Shown: piece by piece, positions 21,101 through 28,482 of the stretch
Layout: every line of letters starts with the position of its first letter
How positions within the stretch are numbered: position 1 is the first letter of the stretch
Assembly: GCA_041690595.1 (NCBI GenBank)
Contig: JAWLHB010000047.1
Coordinates: 1-64,000 of the forward strand
DNA from: Lentisphaeria bacterium
Lineage (GTDB): Bacteria > Verrucomicrobiota > Lentisphaeria > JABSQK01 > JAWLHB01
Length of the DNA stretch: 64,000 bases
Direction of reading: 5' to 3'
Program-made: the position numbers and the translations under genes
The notes under the pieces: generated by a model
Database searches by the model: none
The model's input: the letters and a program-made list of their open reading frames with translations, nothing else
Told to the model about the DNA's origin: nothing

Positions 21101-23053
21101 GGGATCATAAGCGGCAAGCTGGTCGGCAATGATTTCCTGTTGCCAGGCGGTGACATCGAAGGGGCGATTCCATGCGGCAAGGAAACGAGCCGTGGCATAG
21201 CCGAAGGGGGCCTTGGTCTGTTCGAAGCGAGAAACCTGAGCATACAAAGGGCGCGCCAGTTCGAGGAAGGCTTCGGCATTTTCATCCTGAATGGCGGTCA
21301 TGGCGGCGGCAAGCTGCCGGGAGAGTTCATCGGGGGCCTTTTCCGGAGCGAAGGATTTGCCGCTCGAGGTGGCCTGAAACTCACTTTCCAGCGTTGTAAT
21401 CATCTGGGTGACGGCGGGATCGTCCTTCTTCTCGCGGCGGGCGAGATTGGACCAGCGGGTGAAGGCTTCGTAAGCGGGCTTGAAGACGCGCTGTCGGGTG
21501 GCCTCGTCGTAGGCTACCCAGTCGAGGGCATGAAGATGCGCAGCCACCTTGCTCTTGTCGAAGGGGTCAGCGCTGCTGTTGGAGAAAGCGGCGAGGAGCC
21601 AGGCAGCCGCGGCATCGGGATCGAAGAGCGCGATCGGTGTGCCGGCAATGCCCTTGGGGCCGAAAGCGACGAGCACCTGCTCGACGAAATCCTCGGGTAC
21701 GTCGCCCTTGATCTCGGCACAGGCAGGGATCAGGCTCTCCTTGACGAGGGCAAAGATCTGCTGGAAATCGAGGTGCCAGGAGGCGTTGTCGACCAGGTGC
21801 TGGGCGGCAAGCGCCGGATCTCCATTGGCGGCGGCAATGGCATTGACTACGGCGGCGGCGGGCGAGGGAACTCCCTGAGTCGCCTTGGCCAGCGCCTGGT
21901 AGTAGGCCAAGTCACCGGATTCACCGACAAGCTCGATGTCCCAGGTGACGGGATGACTGAAGAAGCTGGGTCCGATCTGGGCAATGAGCCTCCCCCACTG
22001 CACAGGCGTCAGCAGTTGGTTATGAACCGGTTTTCCCTCGTTTCGCCAAGCCAGGAGTTCATGACGCTGCTCGGGGGGAACCTTGGGGAAGTTTGCCAGC
22101 ATGAATGACTGCTTCAGGTCGGCGTGCTCCTGCCAAAGGATGCGATCGAAGTCTCGTTCGGCGCCGCCGGCCATGACTTGGAGGATATCCTTGAGTGTGG
22201 CGCCGGTGGGCTGTTCATCGAAATAGAGCTGAGCAGCCTTGATGACGTCCTGGTAGCTCTGACGGAGGGCAGCGGTATCTCTGGCGATGCGGCCGACAGC
22301 ATATTCGAGAGCGAGTACGGAGAGCTGGTAGCGCAGTTGGCGCGGCCGATCCTCACGGATCAGCGGAACGATCTTGCGTGCGTGGGTGAGGGTGTTGTAG
22401 TATTCCTGGCCACCGCCATTGATGCCCTGCATGAACGCTTCGATATGGTCCCAGAAGAGCAGTCTTTCCTGGTGGAGGGGGAGCTTGTCCTGCATGACCA
22501 GCGCCAGGCGGTGCGCGAAATTGACATGGTCTTCGCGGCGCTTGGCCTCATTCAGGTACCAGCCGTCGAACTTTCGTACGGCCGCATGGGCGCGAAAGCG
22601 GTCGGCATACTGAGTCATCAACTGATAGGCATCGTTGGTGTCGTTGAGGAACTGGATGAGCATCGTGCAGGTGGCGGCGGCGACAGCGGCTGCGTCGGCA
22701 CCGTCCGGTGCTTTGTCGAGATAAGCTTTGTACCTGGCGACGGCGGTGCGGTAGTCGCCGACGAGGGCGGCATTCTCGGCGGCCAGTTTCTGAATATCGA
22801 GGGAAGGTTCGGGCGTGCCACGCATGTAGCCGCGGAAGGCAAGGGAGGCTTGATAGACACTACCGAGACGCTTGCCCAGTTCGAGCAATTCGGTGACCTC
22901 ACCGTCGTCCAGAGAGCCGCCGATTTCCTGGGCCTTGGCAACGAGAGCGTCGAAGCGTTTCTGCTCGGGAGAGAGTTCCTGAGCGTTGGCGGTGAACGCC
23001 GCCATGGTGAAGGTCAAGGCCACAACCGCGAAGACGAGTCGTCGAATCTTCAT
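15107..23053 (-). CDS. Giant exported TPR-repeat protein (2648 aa) with beta-sandwich repeats and putative discoidin/PA14-like modules
   Basis: Signal peptide ending ANA-Q; several TPR blocks including C-terminal YPDSPYAPKAQY (BamD/CpoB-like); repeated ETEPHSGIFxG motif. Confidence 0.9.
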   Translation of the reverse strand: MKIRRLVFAVVALTFTMAAFTANAQELSPEQKRFDALVAKAQEIGGSLDDGEVTELLELGKRLGSVYQASLAFRGYMRGTPEPSLDIQKLAAENAALVGDYRTAVARYKAYLDKAPDGADAAAVAAATCTMLIQFLNDTNDAYQLMTQYADRFRAHAAVRKFDGWYLNEAKRREDHVNFAHRLALVMQDKLPLHQERLLFWDHIEAFMQGINGGGQEYYNTLTHARKIVPLIREDRPRQLRYQLSVLALEYAVGRIARDTAALRQSYQDVIKAAQLYFDEQPTGATLKDILQVMAGGAERDFDRILWQEHADLKQSFMLANFPKVPPEQRHELLAWRNEGKPVHNQLLTPVQWGRLIAQIGPSFFSHPVTWDIELVGESGDLAYYQALAKATQGVPSPAAAVVNAIAAANGDPALAAQHLVDNASWHLDFQQIFALVKESLIPACAEIKGDVPEDFVEQVLVAFGPKGIAGTPIALFDPDAAAAWLLAAFSNSSADPFDKSKVAAHLHALDWVAYDEATRQRVFKPAYEAFTRWSNLARREKKDDPAVTQMITTLESEFQATSSGKSFAPEKAPDELSRQLAAAMTAIQDENAEAFLELARPLYAQVSRFEQTKAPFGYATARFLAAWNRPFDVTAWQQEIIADQLAAYDPAKPTWPMTRILGTFVQDRPTWNGWLAPVKERATAEAYNQSFADGIAAQIDRGHFWGWAFDRLRDTRKGSGWNEEKLGTDLAAKLIESKILIGSGYRPNPAVRSDTGAYMFLVDQEFRSLAKDYPLESYFDDMFVAEAEKSGYLDSYYFNRGRDQKRKIADAAARLITAMDALPFGYGAKNGDVVYPPLEFWRWQDHAMNANDQPRRAMLAKLDTLFGSTRYDTYAMGRGYFRTEADVASPQGRSDYFARLTTYIDRAGQISIAVAPPRLNQLRRLGPAKDITVAETDVLIRLVRECAPLSWWRGWEFEELPAIIYQSLVAQDRAQLLYPLIPHFWTITRDLADDRYKRAVADLSTDLMEREKYDLVAVHSQAGTQILGNAMPDEVKDSLMSMRSKALSRIGGAVAVARTDPRFPIYQAQADFLAGNYQSAWEGYQNNAARIPGILKELDTQFTIWLIQRNTQLRDFDAANGISRLMIQWMDNSPVTFDKETRAQLLLTYADISFAMEEFPRARAQYERIAAAKEFNGTRAQLDANLKIAEVDRLTKQYDQAAERLEKLLRLKTNYVQLGANFLLAKLKFDQEEYQGAKEFLEQVFMRDPNHYEARILEGEVNLRMKRLMEATQLRVGLLSSQRNIMPGKPLEVSLDDQNLSIVGSTRSIEIRAWTESGDEETFSLLPFGETKTKFQGQLPTALNVAVKNDNILQLLGNDRIFYEFSPAFRKRHGIAEAEPSSLNVATDAELYVSSGEILTGEQIEERNLEMMIRRQLRLEGATDDPANDLRDRRRGDQVKPGNFVYVRVVDPDRSTSTANDKINVRVETSSGDVIPRFTLEETEPHSGIFEGQITTGSAQATAYASDSREGVDPNFVISSGDYPAWMGLADNQRPKTFSIDLNDNVQMKSLTMMTDVPGRQLKSMIVQTSLNARDFHTVGIWPQAPEPWDGSLQAELVEYRTPGIPRTLSEFKEYLEATWYVNGQQKQVKQLESLSIEAGANVFGLDRQLGLGRNQPYLMHIRGAFWVERRQVRVFQLQPKSRYDRNYASFVFAIDGKVGENPLEISRSLSAGLHYLDLYVWSRSGVDLKFDLLCDVPEPPYQAVCPPEMFSLTENPKIAENLPKRQATIDPKNNFSQLDIAFAEGTSARLLRFILVDFSMDAPAIRKIYLLDANGKRMLPTEQDFRKLKENDVLEIVPGDRVTITYNDPKQLTPGNEILEGFLTATYSDATLQACSVQNRLNRYGIREIEYVPLRRFQVGEKVNIYIDEPDADVTDKKDVVKYTAAIGNGKAIELDALETEPHSGIFIGTLFPVAGEPTKPTEIKVGPTDEITVTYHDRENTEPGIPWDRTIKLEQAIFEQPELRIYEVTSQELTERQLEQGVERDKATTTLDDYVAPRRSMLLTRPVGPTDAATPTPVLVDSSLVVELIYPQLALTAESEAEIFVQSSRGRAKAGVTADDPFTVNVPGTLKIVAMPGDVPKLIPPPGYLDIIVRGDNKAREPLDDGRFTFVIPMTLNLLPPDTLVNWEPDENLTGQALEEARPKLAIQGDDTIFVGFKYTDSAGAEQWIVRQVELTSDIFFDVMDRKFQEDVTAAYVGETVYLRVIERTRDVSDDKDEVEVVITNRKGDSRTLKLAESFAHTGAFKGLMRLVYQEETEALDRPGVLPVDYGDLIALEYRDAAGNAIAAASLEVHRGADGDVQPFTKRYRDKETAVQTQFMVAEAYFELAKKHHTLGQESLARREMSQARRLLAEAIRDNPDGSVQAQAEYLLANLTYEYGDLSENETDKKDNYISAVAAFNDIVASYPDSPYAPKAQYKKGLVYEKMGQIDQACAEYVKLSYRYPDNELVAETIARLGQYFLTKGKEIKDEADSQTDPVQKEKLRRQYVDTFKTAASVFGRLSERFPDHTLSGKTIMLSAQCYMRAEDLPRSIEVFTKVYEDVELDKDLRSESMYWAGHCQMEMRRYEDAYKAFTKLTWDYPESRWAKFARGRLTDPNLNKLQLQ

Positions 23054-25386
23054 TATTTCACCTTCTGCTGAATACGCGGCAGAATTTGTTTGGCTTTTTC
23101 AGCGAAGTCGCTGGTGGGATAGTCATACATGAGTTGGTTGCACTTCTCCAGTGCCTTCGGGTAGTCCTGCATGCGGTAGGCAACGAGGACCCACTTGAGG
23201 AGCATGCTGTCGAGGAAGAGGGCATCGGGATGATCGGTGAAGACCTGGTGCAGCAGGTCGTCGGCGCGGGAATAGTCGCGGCTCTCGATGTAGTAATCGA
23301 CGAGCTTGCCGAGAGAAGGGCCGGCATACTCGCTGTCGGGATAACGCTCGGCGACCAGCTTGTACTGGGCGATGGCGGCGTCCTTGTTGAAGCCGTGATA
23401 GCGGGAGCCGCGCTGCGCCACGATCTTCTCCATTGCTTCCGCCACCATGTACTGAGCCTGAGGCTTGGCCTGGGAGTGCGGCAGCGCCAGAATCTGCTTG
23501 TAGATGCCGATGGCTTCATCGTACTTCTCGCCTTCCGCCTTCGCGTTGGCAATGCCCAAGAGGGCCTGATCGACGATCGGCGAGTGGGGATAGAGGCGAT
23601 TGAAGAGGCGGCAGGTGTTGATGGCGGCGGTGAAGTCGTCCTTGACGATCTCCAGCTCCCACTTCAGGCGGAAGGCTTCCTCACGGCTGGCACGCGGGAC
23701 GGCATTGCCACTGCGAATGATCGATTCGACCAGCGCCAGCCCCTCGTCGCACTTCTCGGCTGCTCCCTGGCGCAGGCCCATGCTCTTGAAAATGCGTCCC
23801 AGTTCGAGATAAGCTTCCCCTTCGACCAGATTCTTCTTGCTGCGGATGATGGGGTCGGAAACGATGTACTGCGTGGCGCGGGGGGTGCTTTCGATTTCGC
23901 TGAGAACCATGATCACGCTGCTGACTTCGCGCGGCGCCTCACCATCGATATGAAGTTCGTCGATGTAGGTGACGACGATCTCGTCGCCGACAGTGGCGCT
24001 GATCACATCATCGTTCTTGCTGACGGGGCGATCATCACTGATGGGCACGATCTCGACACGACCGGCAAAAATGCCAGTTCGAACGGTGCCATCATCGGGA
24101 ACCGCCGCGACTTCGGTCTCCTGCTCGCCCATCTCGGTTTCGAGGGCGGAGGGGGCAAGCTTATGCTCGTTGAGGACGATGGTGATCTCGTCGCGAATCT
24201 GGAAGTCGTCTTCGGTGGAGGAATCGCGGAGGAAGGACGCCAGGTCGAAAGTTTCGCCCGAACGGGCGCCCTCCTCCTCGGCGGCTTTGTAGCGGCAGAT
24301 GATGCGCACGGTGGTCGTCTCGGCGGCATCGCTGCTGTCCAGATCGATGTCTCGCAAGACGACAAAGACGGGTTGGCCGATGTAAGCGCCTTCTGCCCGC
24401 GATTCCATATCGCCGCGGGTGAAACCGAGCGTTGCTGTCGAGACGATCTTGACAGTGCTGGATCGGTTGACGGTCTTGTCGCCGGAGAGCGTATTGTCGT
24501 CGACGTACTTGGTATGGATTTCATCACCGCCAACAACCTGAAGGATGCGGTCACTCTTGATGGGCTTGCCGATGGCAGTGGGAACGGAACCGATGAAGAC
24601 ATCGCTGTCTCCAGCCATGGGGATGACTTCGATGCGCACCTCATCGCCGTTCCTGGTGGAGAGATCGACGAAGATCTTCTCGTTGAGGCGATACCGCACA
24701 GGGAGATCGCCATCGGCGATCTTGACATAGAAGCGCCGTCCAGCTTCGACGTATTCGGTGGTGGGGCTGTCGGGATCGATGTAGGTGCCCACCTTGGAGA
24801 GGGCCTCGATAGCCATGTTCCAGTTTTCCTGGGCAAAGTGTGACTTGCCGATCACGTAATAGGCTTCGTTGGCCCAGACGGTATTGGGATAGGTGTTGGT
24901 GATCTTACGCAGGACAGGAAAGGCGGAGCTGTACTGGCGCATCTGGAAGTAAGCCTTGCCGGTGAGGAAAAGCCCTTCGAGCAGGATATTCAGAGTTTCA
25001 CCAGCAGGGGGTTCGGCGGCATCCTCGAGTTCGCGCAGATAGTTGAGGTAGCCGATGGCCTGCTGCTGCTTGTTGATGTCGATGAGATGCTTACCGAGGG
25101 CGAGGTAGGCTTCGAAGCGTACATCGGATTCGGGAAACTGATCGATAACCTTCTTGAGCACCTCGACGCCGCGTTCGGTTTCATTGGCGAGGAGGAGATC
25201 CTGTCCCGTTTTGAGGAGGCGTTTGGCGGCATATTCAGCCTGCGCATCCTCGGTATCGCGCTGCGATCTTGGCTGACGCGCGGCATGGCTCTCGAAAATG
25301 GAACCCGCCACAATCATCGCGATGGTGCAGAGGATGCCGCACGTTGTGATGCCAAACCATCTGGAGCGACATTGCTTATTCTGCAT
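23053..25386 (-). CDS. Exported TPR-repeat protein (777 aa) with central beta-sandwich repeats
   Basis: Start re-chosen at ATG 25386 (GGAGG RBS); N-terminal hydrophobic segment; FPES/YPNT/YPHS/YPDS TPR turns; TAATG overlap with the giant gene. Confidence 0.88.
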   Translation of the reverse strand: MQNKQCRSRWFGITTCGILCTIAMIVAGSIFESHAARQPRSQRDTEDAQAEYAAKRLLKTGQDLLLANETERGVEVLKKVIDQFPESDVRFEAYLALGKHLIDINKQQQAIGYLNYLRELEDAAEPPAGETLNILLEGLFLTGKAYFQMRQYSSAFPVLRKITNTYPNTVWANEAYYVIGKSHFAQENWNMAIEALSKVGTYIDPDSPTTEYVEAGRRFYVKIADGDLPVRYRLNEKIFVDLSTRNGDEVRIEVIPMAGDSDVFIGSVPTAIGKPIKSDRILQVVGGDEIHTKYVDDNTLSGDKTVNRSSTVKIVSTATLGFTRGDMESRAEGAYIGQPVFVVLRDIDLDSSDAAETTTVRIICRYKAAEEEGARSGETFDLASFLRDSSTEDDFQIRDEITIVLNEHKLAPSALETEMGEQETEVAAVPDDGTVRTGIFAGRVEIVPISDDRPVSKNDDVISATVGDEIVVTYIDELHIDGEAPREVSSVIMVLSEIESTPRATQYIVSDPIIRSKKNLVEGEAYLELGRIFKSMGLRQGAAEKCDEGLALVESIIRSGNAVPRASREEAFRLKWELEIVKDDFTAAINTCRLFNRLYPHSPIVDQALLGIANAKAEGEKYDEAIGIYKQILALPHSQAKPQAQYMVAEAMEKIVAQRGSRYHGFNKDAAIAQYKLVAERYPDSEYAGPSLGKLVDYYIESRDYSRADDLLHQVFTDHPDALFLDSMLLKWVLVAYRMQDYPKALEKCNQLMYDYPTSDFAEKAKQILPRIQQKVK

Positions 25387-27091
25387 GGACACCACCTCCG
25401 ATCCGCTCGCCCAGCTTCTCCAATTCCTGGTGGGCGACACTGGATTCTTTAGCCTTTGGGTACTTGGTCATGACGCGTCGTAAAGCTGCCACGTACTGAT
25501 CGTGCTTTTCGGCGGCGCGGTACAGGTGGGCGATACGCAAAGCTGCCCGTGAACCGGCCTGATCACTGAAAAAATTCTCCACTTGCCGCATCTGGTTGAC
25601 GGCCGCCTCGAGTTCACCCAGCTTTTCGTAGCATTGGGAAACGGAGAAGATGCTCTCCGGCGGATTGTCCGATTGTTGATAGAAGGGAATAGCATCGCGG
25701 AACTTGCTGGACCAGAAGAGCATGTCGGCCTTCTTGGTCAGTGCTTCCTTGGCGTAGTCGGGAACATTGATGAGATCGTCGGCGAGTGGCATACCCGCCT
25801 GGAGGTTACGCTTCCAGTGATAGTAGCGCAATAATTCCAACTTGCCATAGTCACTGTTCTCGAAGTGGCGGGAGATCCGCTCGACAAGCTGCTCGTCCTT
25901 ATGCCAGAGCCAACGGCCGAAACGTTGCTTTTCGTCATCGGTCATATCACTCATCTTGAGCTTGTCGAAGGCATTTCTGGCCAGTTCCTGATCTTTCAGG
26001 CGATCGAAGAAGAACTGGATGACGGTAATGATCTGGGGGTTGGTCATTTTCTGGAAATCGAGCTTGGCGTAATACTCCTTGACCTTGTCGGGATTGCCTG
26101 CGAAGAGGCCCATCCAAGTAATGACACGGTCAAATTCGCCCTCCTGACGATAGTCGGTAAACTGCTTGTCGAGGCGCTGGTGGAGCTGGTCTTTGTTGCC
26201 GTTGGCGTAGAAGGTGAAACGGGCGAGGTCGATCTGATAGTCGTCCCACTTGGGAAAGCGTCCGTCCATTGCCTTGGCCCAATATTCGTAGTAGGCGCGG
26301 CGTTGGCCGGCCTGGACATCGTTGTAGTCGTCGAAGCGCTTGACGTGGTGGCGGATCTTGTCCCAGAAGCGGGTGTCGTCGGCGAAATCGTCGGGCACCT
26401 CGATGGGCCGATTCTCAAAACCCTGGACGTCGGCATAGAAGGCTTTGAGCTTGTCGATGTCGGGTTTGATGCGGATATGGTAGTGGATGACCTTGTCGAT
26501 GGCCTGATTGGCGGCATCGTGGTTGGTTTTGCGAAAATCCCTGGCAACCTGCCAGTAATAATCGTTGGCCTTGCTGAGCTGCTGCTTGTCGACGAGATAG
26601 GCGGCGAGGCGATTAATGGCGTGAGCGGCGAGGGGCTCCTGACTGTAATCTTCATCGTCGGCCATTTCGGCCCATGCCTTCATGGCCTTGTCTTCCTCGC
26701 CATTGTCGGCATGGGCGAGGCCGGTGTAATAGAGAGCGGCCGCGGCAAAGGCGATGCTGTTGGGGAAGTAGTCCAGGACTTCGGTATAGCTCTTGATGGC
26801 GTTGTAGCGCTTGTTGGAGAGATGCTGGCAACGAGCTTTGCGAAGGATCGCGTAAGGCAAGGCGACGGAGCGTGGGAACTCCATGATGAAGGCATCGTAT
26901 TCGGCGGCGGCGCGGGTGTAATCCTTATCCAGAAAGACCTTGTCGGCCTTGCCGAGGGAATGAGCTTCGAACTGATCGAGCTGATTGAATTCCTTGTCCG
27001 AGTACTGGATTTCGGATTGGGCGGCGGCGGTGACGAGAAGGGTAAGTAACGCTGCCATGATGGAGGGGAGTAGCGATCGACTCATTGGCAT
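25376..27091 (-). CDS. Exported TPR-repeat protein (~570 aa)
   Basis: Signal peptide (LLTLLVTAAA-Q); BamD/CpoB-like TPRs at both ends. Start 27091 or 27085; the ORF-track extension to 27208 runs through a terminator. Confidence 0.85.
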   Translation of the reverse strand: MPMSRSLLPSIMAALLTLLVTAAAQSEIQYSDKEFNQLDQFEAHSLGKADKVFLDKDYTRAAAEYDAFIMEFPRSVALPYAILRKARCQHLSNKRYNAIKSYTEVLDYFPNSIAFAAAALYYTGLAHADNGEEDKAMKAWAEMADDEDYSQEPLAAHAINRLAAYLVDKQQLSKANDYYWQVARDFRKTNHDAANQAIDKVIHYHIRIKPDIDKLKAFYADVQGFENRPIEVPDDFADDTRFWDKIRHHVKRFDDYNDVQAGQRRAYYEYWAKAMDGRFPKWDDYQIDLARFTFYANGNKDQLHQRLDKQFTDYRQEGEFDRVITWMGLFAGNPDKVKEYYAKLDFQKMTNPQIITVIQFFFDRLKDQELARNAFDKLKMSDMTDDEKQRFGRWLWHKDEQLVERISRHFENSDYGKLELLRYYHWKRNLQAGMPLADDLINVPDYAKEALTKKADMLFWSSKFRDAIPFYQQSDNPPESIFSVSQCYEKLGELEAAVNQMRQVENFFSDQAGSRAALRIAHLYRAAEKHDQYVAALRRVMTKYPKAKESSVAHQELEKLGERIGGGVHAE

Positions 27092-27183
27092 TGTCCGCTG
27101 CTGGAGGATGAAGATTTTGTAGAAGCTGCGCAAGCTTTTAGATACGCGCGGGCATGGGAGGTTCATTGCGTGAGCGAGAAAAC

Positions 27184-27215
27184 AAAAAAAGCCCCATGCG
27201 GTGGGCATGGGGCTT
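27184..27215 (-). terminator. Rho-independent terminator downstream of rpmF
   Basis: Minus strand reads GCCCCATGC-CCACC-GCATGGGGC followed by TTTTTTT. Confidence 0.85.
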
Positions 27216-27269
27216 GGAATCAGCAGCTGCTTGGCTGAAACAGGGTCATGTAGCTCAAAGCGGCGAAAG

Positions 27270-27452
27270 TTACTGCACGGTCACCGACAGAACCTGACGC
27301 CCCTTGTAATAACCACAGCCATTGCAAACGCGATGGGGAATGCGCTGCGCGCCGCAGTGGGGGCACGGTGAGGTCTGCAACCCCTTGTACGCATTGGCCG
27401 ATTTGCGCGAGCGAATCGACGCTTTCGACTTCTTACTTTGTTGTACTGCCAT
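27270..27452 (-). CDS. rpmF: 50S ribosomal protein L32 (Zn-ribbon form)
   Basis: 60 aa MAVQQSKKSK...CPHCG...PHRVCNGCGYYKGRQV; GGAG RBS. Confidence 0.96.
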   Translation of the reverse strand: MAVQQSKKSKASIRSRKSANAYKGLQTSPCPHCGAQRIPHRVCNGCGYYKGRQVLSVTVQ

Positions 27453-27590
27453 GATGCTCTCCGGTAGATGCGATCGGGAAAAGTGGTAAAGCTGCGTACA
27501 ATAAACCGACTGTGGCCGCATGCAAACTATTTTCGCGGAAATACGTCGATCTTTTGCGCGGGGACGCGGGGACGCGGGGAGGCGGAGGTA

Positions 27591-27687
27591 AACACGGACG
27601 AACACGGACGAACACGGACGGGGCAACGGACGGGGCAACGGACGGGGCACGGACGAACACGGACGGGGCAACGGACGGGGCAACGGG
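27591..27687. repeat. Short tandem repeats of AACACGGACG (10 bp) and GGGCAACGGACG (12 bp)
   Basis: Seen directly; both units share the ACGGACG core. Confidence 0.9.
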
Positions 27688-27730
27688 AATGGCTTGGGGC
27701 CAGCGCTATTCTGGAGGTCGACCGGTGGGG

Positions 27731-28366
27731 TGGAGCGAGGCGCAGGGGGTGCCACTCAGGCGAGTGGCGTGCCCAGGATAGGGCAACGGCAAGCAGAGAT
27801 GCTTGCCAGACTTTTTTTTGCGCAATCAGGATGATTGCGGCCACCTCGGCAAGCGACGTGGGAGCAGAGAGGGCTCTCGGGGTTGGTGGCGGCGGCGCGG
27901 GGACGCGGTTGGGCAACGGTTTTCGGGAAAGACCGCGATTTTGGGAGGGAGCTAGGCGCATGAGGTGCCACTCAGGCGAGTGGCGTGCCCAGGGAAGGGT
28001 GCAGGCGAAGTTGTGGGGAAGGATCGAGATTTTGGGAGGGAGCTAGGCGCATGAGGTGCCACTCAGGTGAGTGGCGTGCCCAGGGAAGGGTGCAGGCGAA
28101 GTTGTGGGGAAGGATCGGGATTCTGGATGGAGCGAGGCGCAGGGGGTGCCACTCAGGCGAGTGGCGTGCCCAGGGAAGGGTGCAGGCGAAGCTGTGGGGA
28201 AGGATCGGGATTCTGGGATGGAGCGAGGCGCAGGGGGTGCCACTCAGGCGAGTGGCGTGCCCAGGATAGGACAACGGCAAGCAAGGGTGCTTGCTCAAGG
28301 CTTTTTGCGCAATCAGGATGATTGCGGCCTCTTCGGCAAGCTTGGGGATGGACGTGGGAGCAGAGA
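27731..28366. repeat. Intergenic array of REP-like palindromes GCCACTC-AGGC-GAGTGGC (5 copies)
   Basis: Hairpin copies start at 27751, 27967, 28058, 28148 and 28239; the last four have a 90-91 bp period; the first and last copies share a ~140 bp extended direct repeat. Confidence 0.9.
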
Positions 28367-28482
28367 CGCTGTTACTCCGGGGAAAAATAATTGAGGGTGG
28401 TGGGGATATTCCTTGAAAGCGTCGAATACACTGTAATAGTATTTGGTAGTTACTGAAACCTTATAATTATTGGAGCAATCGC

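Noticed and set aside
27925..28265. CRISPR array
   Set aside because: The sequences between hairpins are near-identical rather than unique spacers, and no cas genes are in the window.
27468..28394. Short ORFs with repeated CHSGEWRAQ or RHSPEWH peptides
   Set aside because: Translations of the non-coding repeats; the 90/91-bp period does not preserve frame.
28400..28482. sigma70 promoter for lnt
   Set aside because: TATAAT is present at 28462-28467 but no properly spaced -35 hexamer was found.
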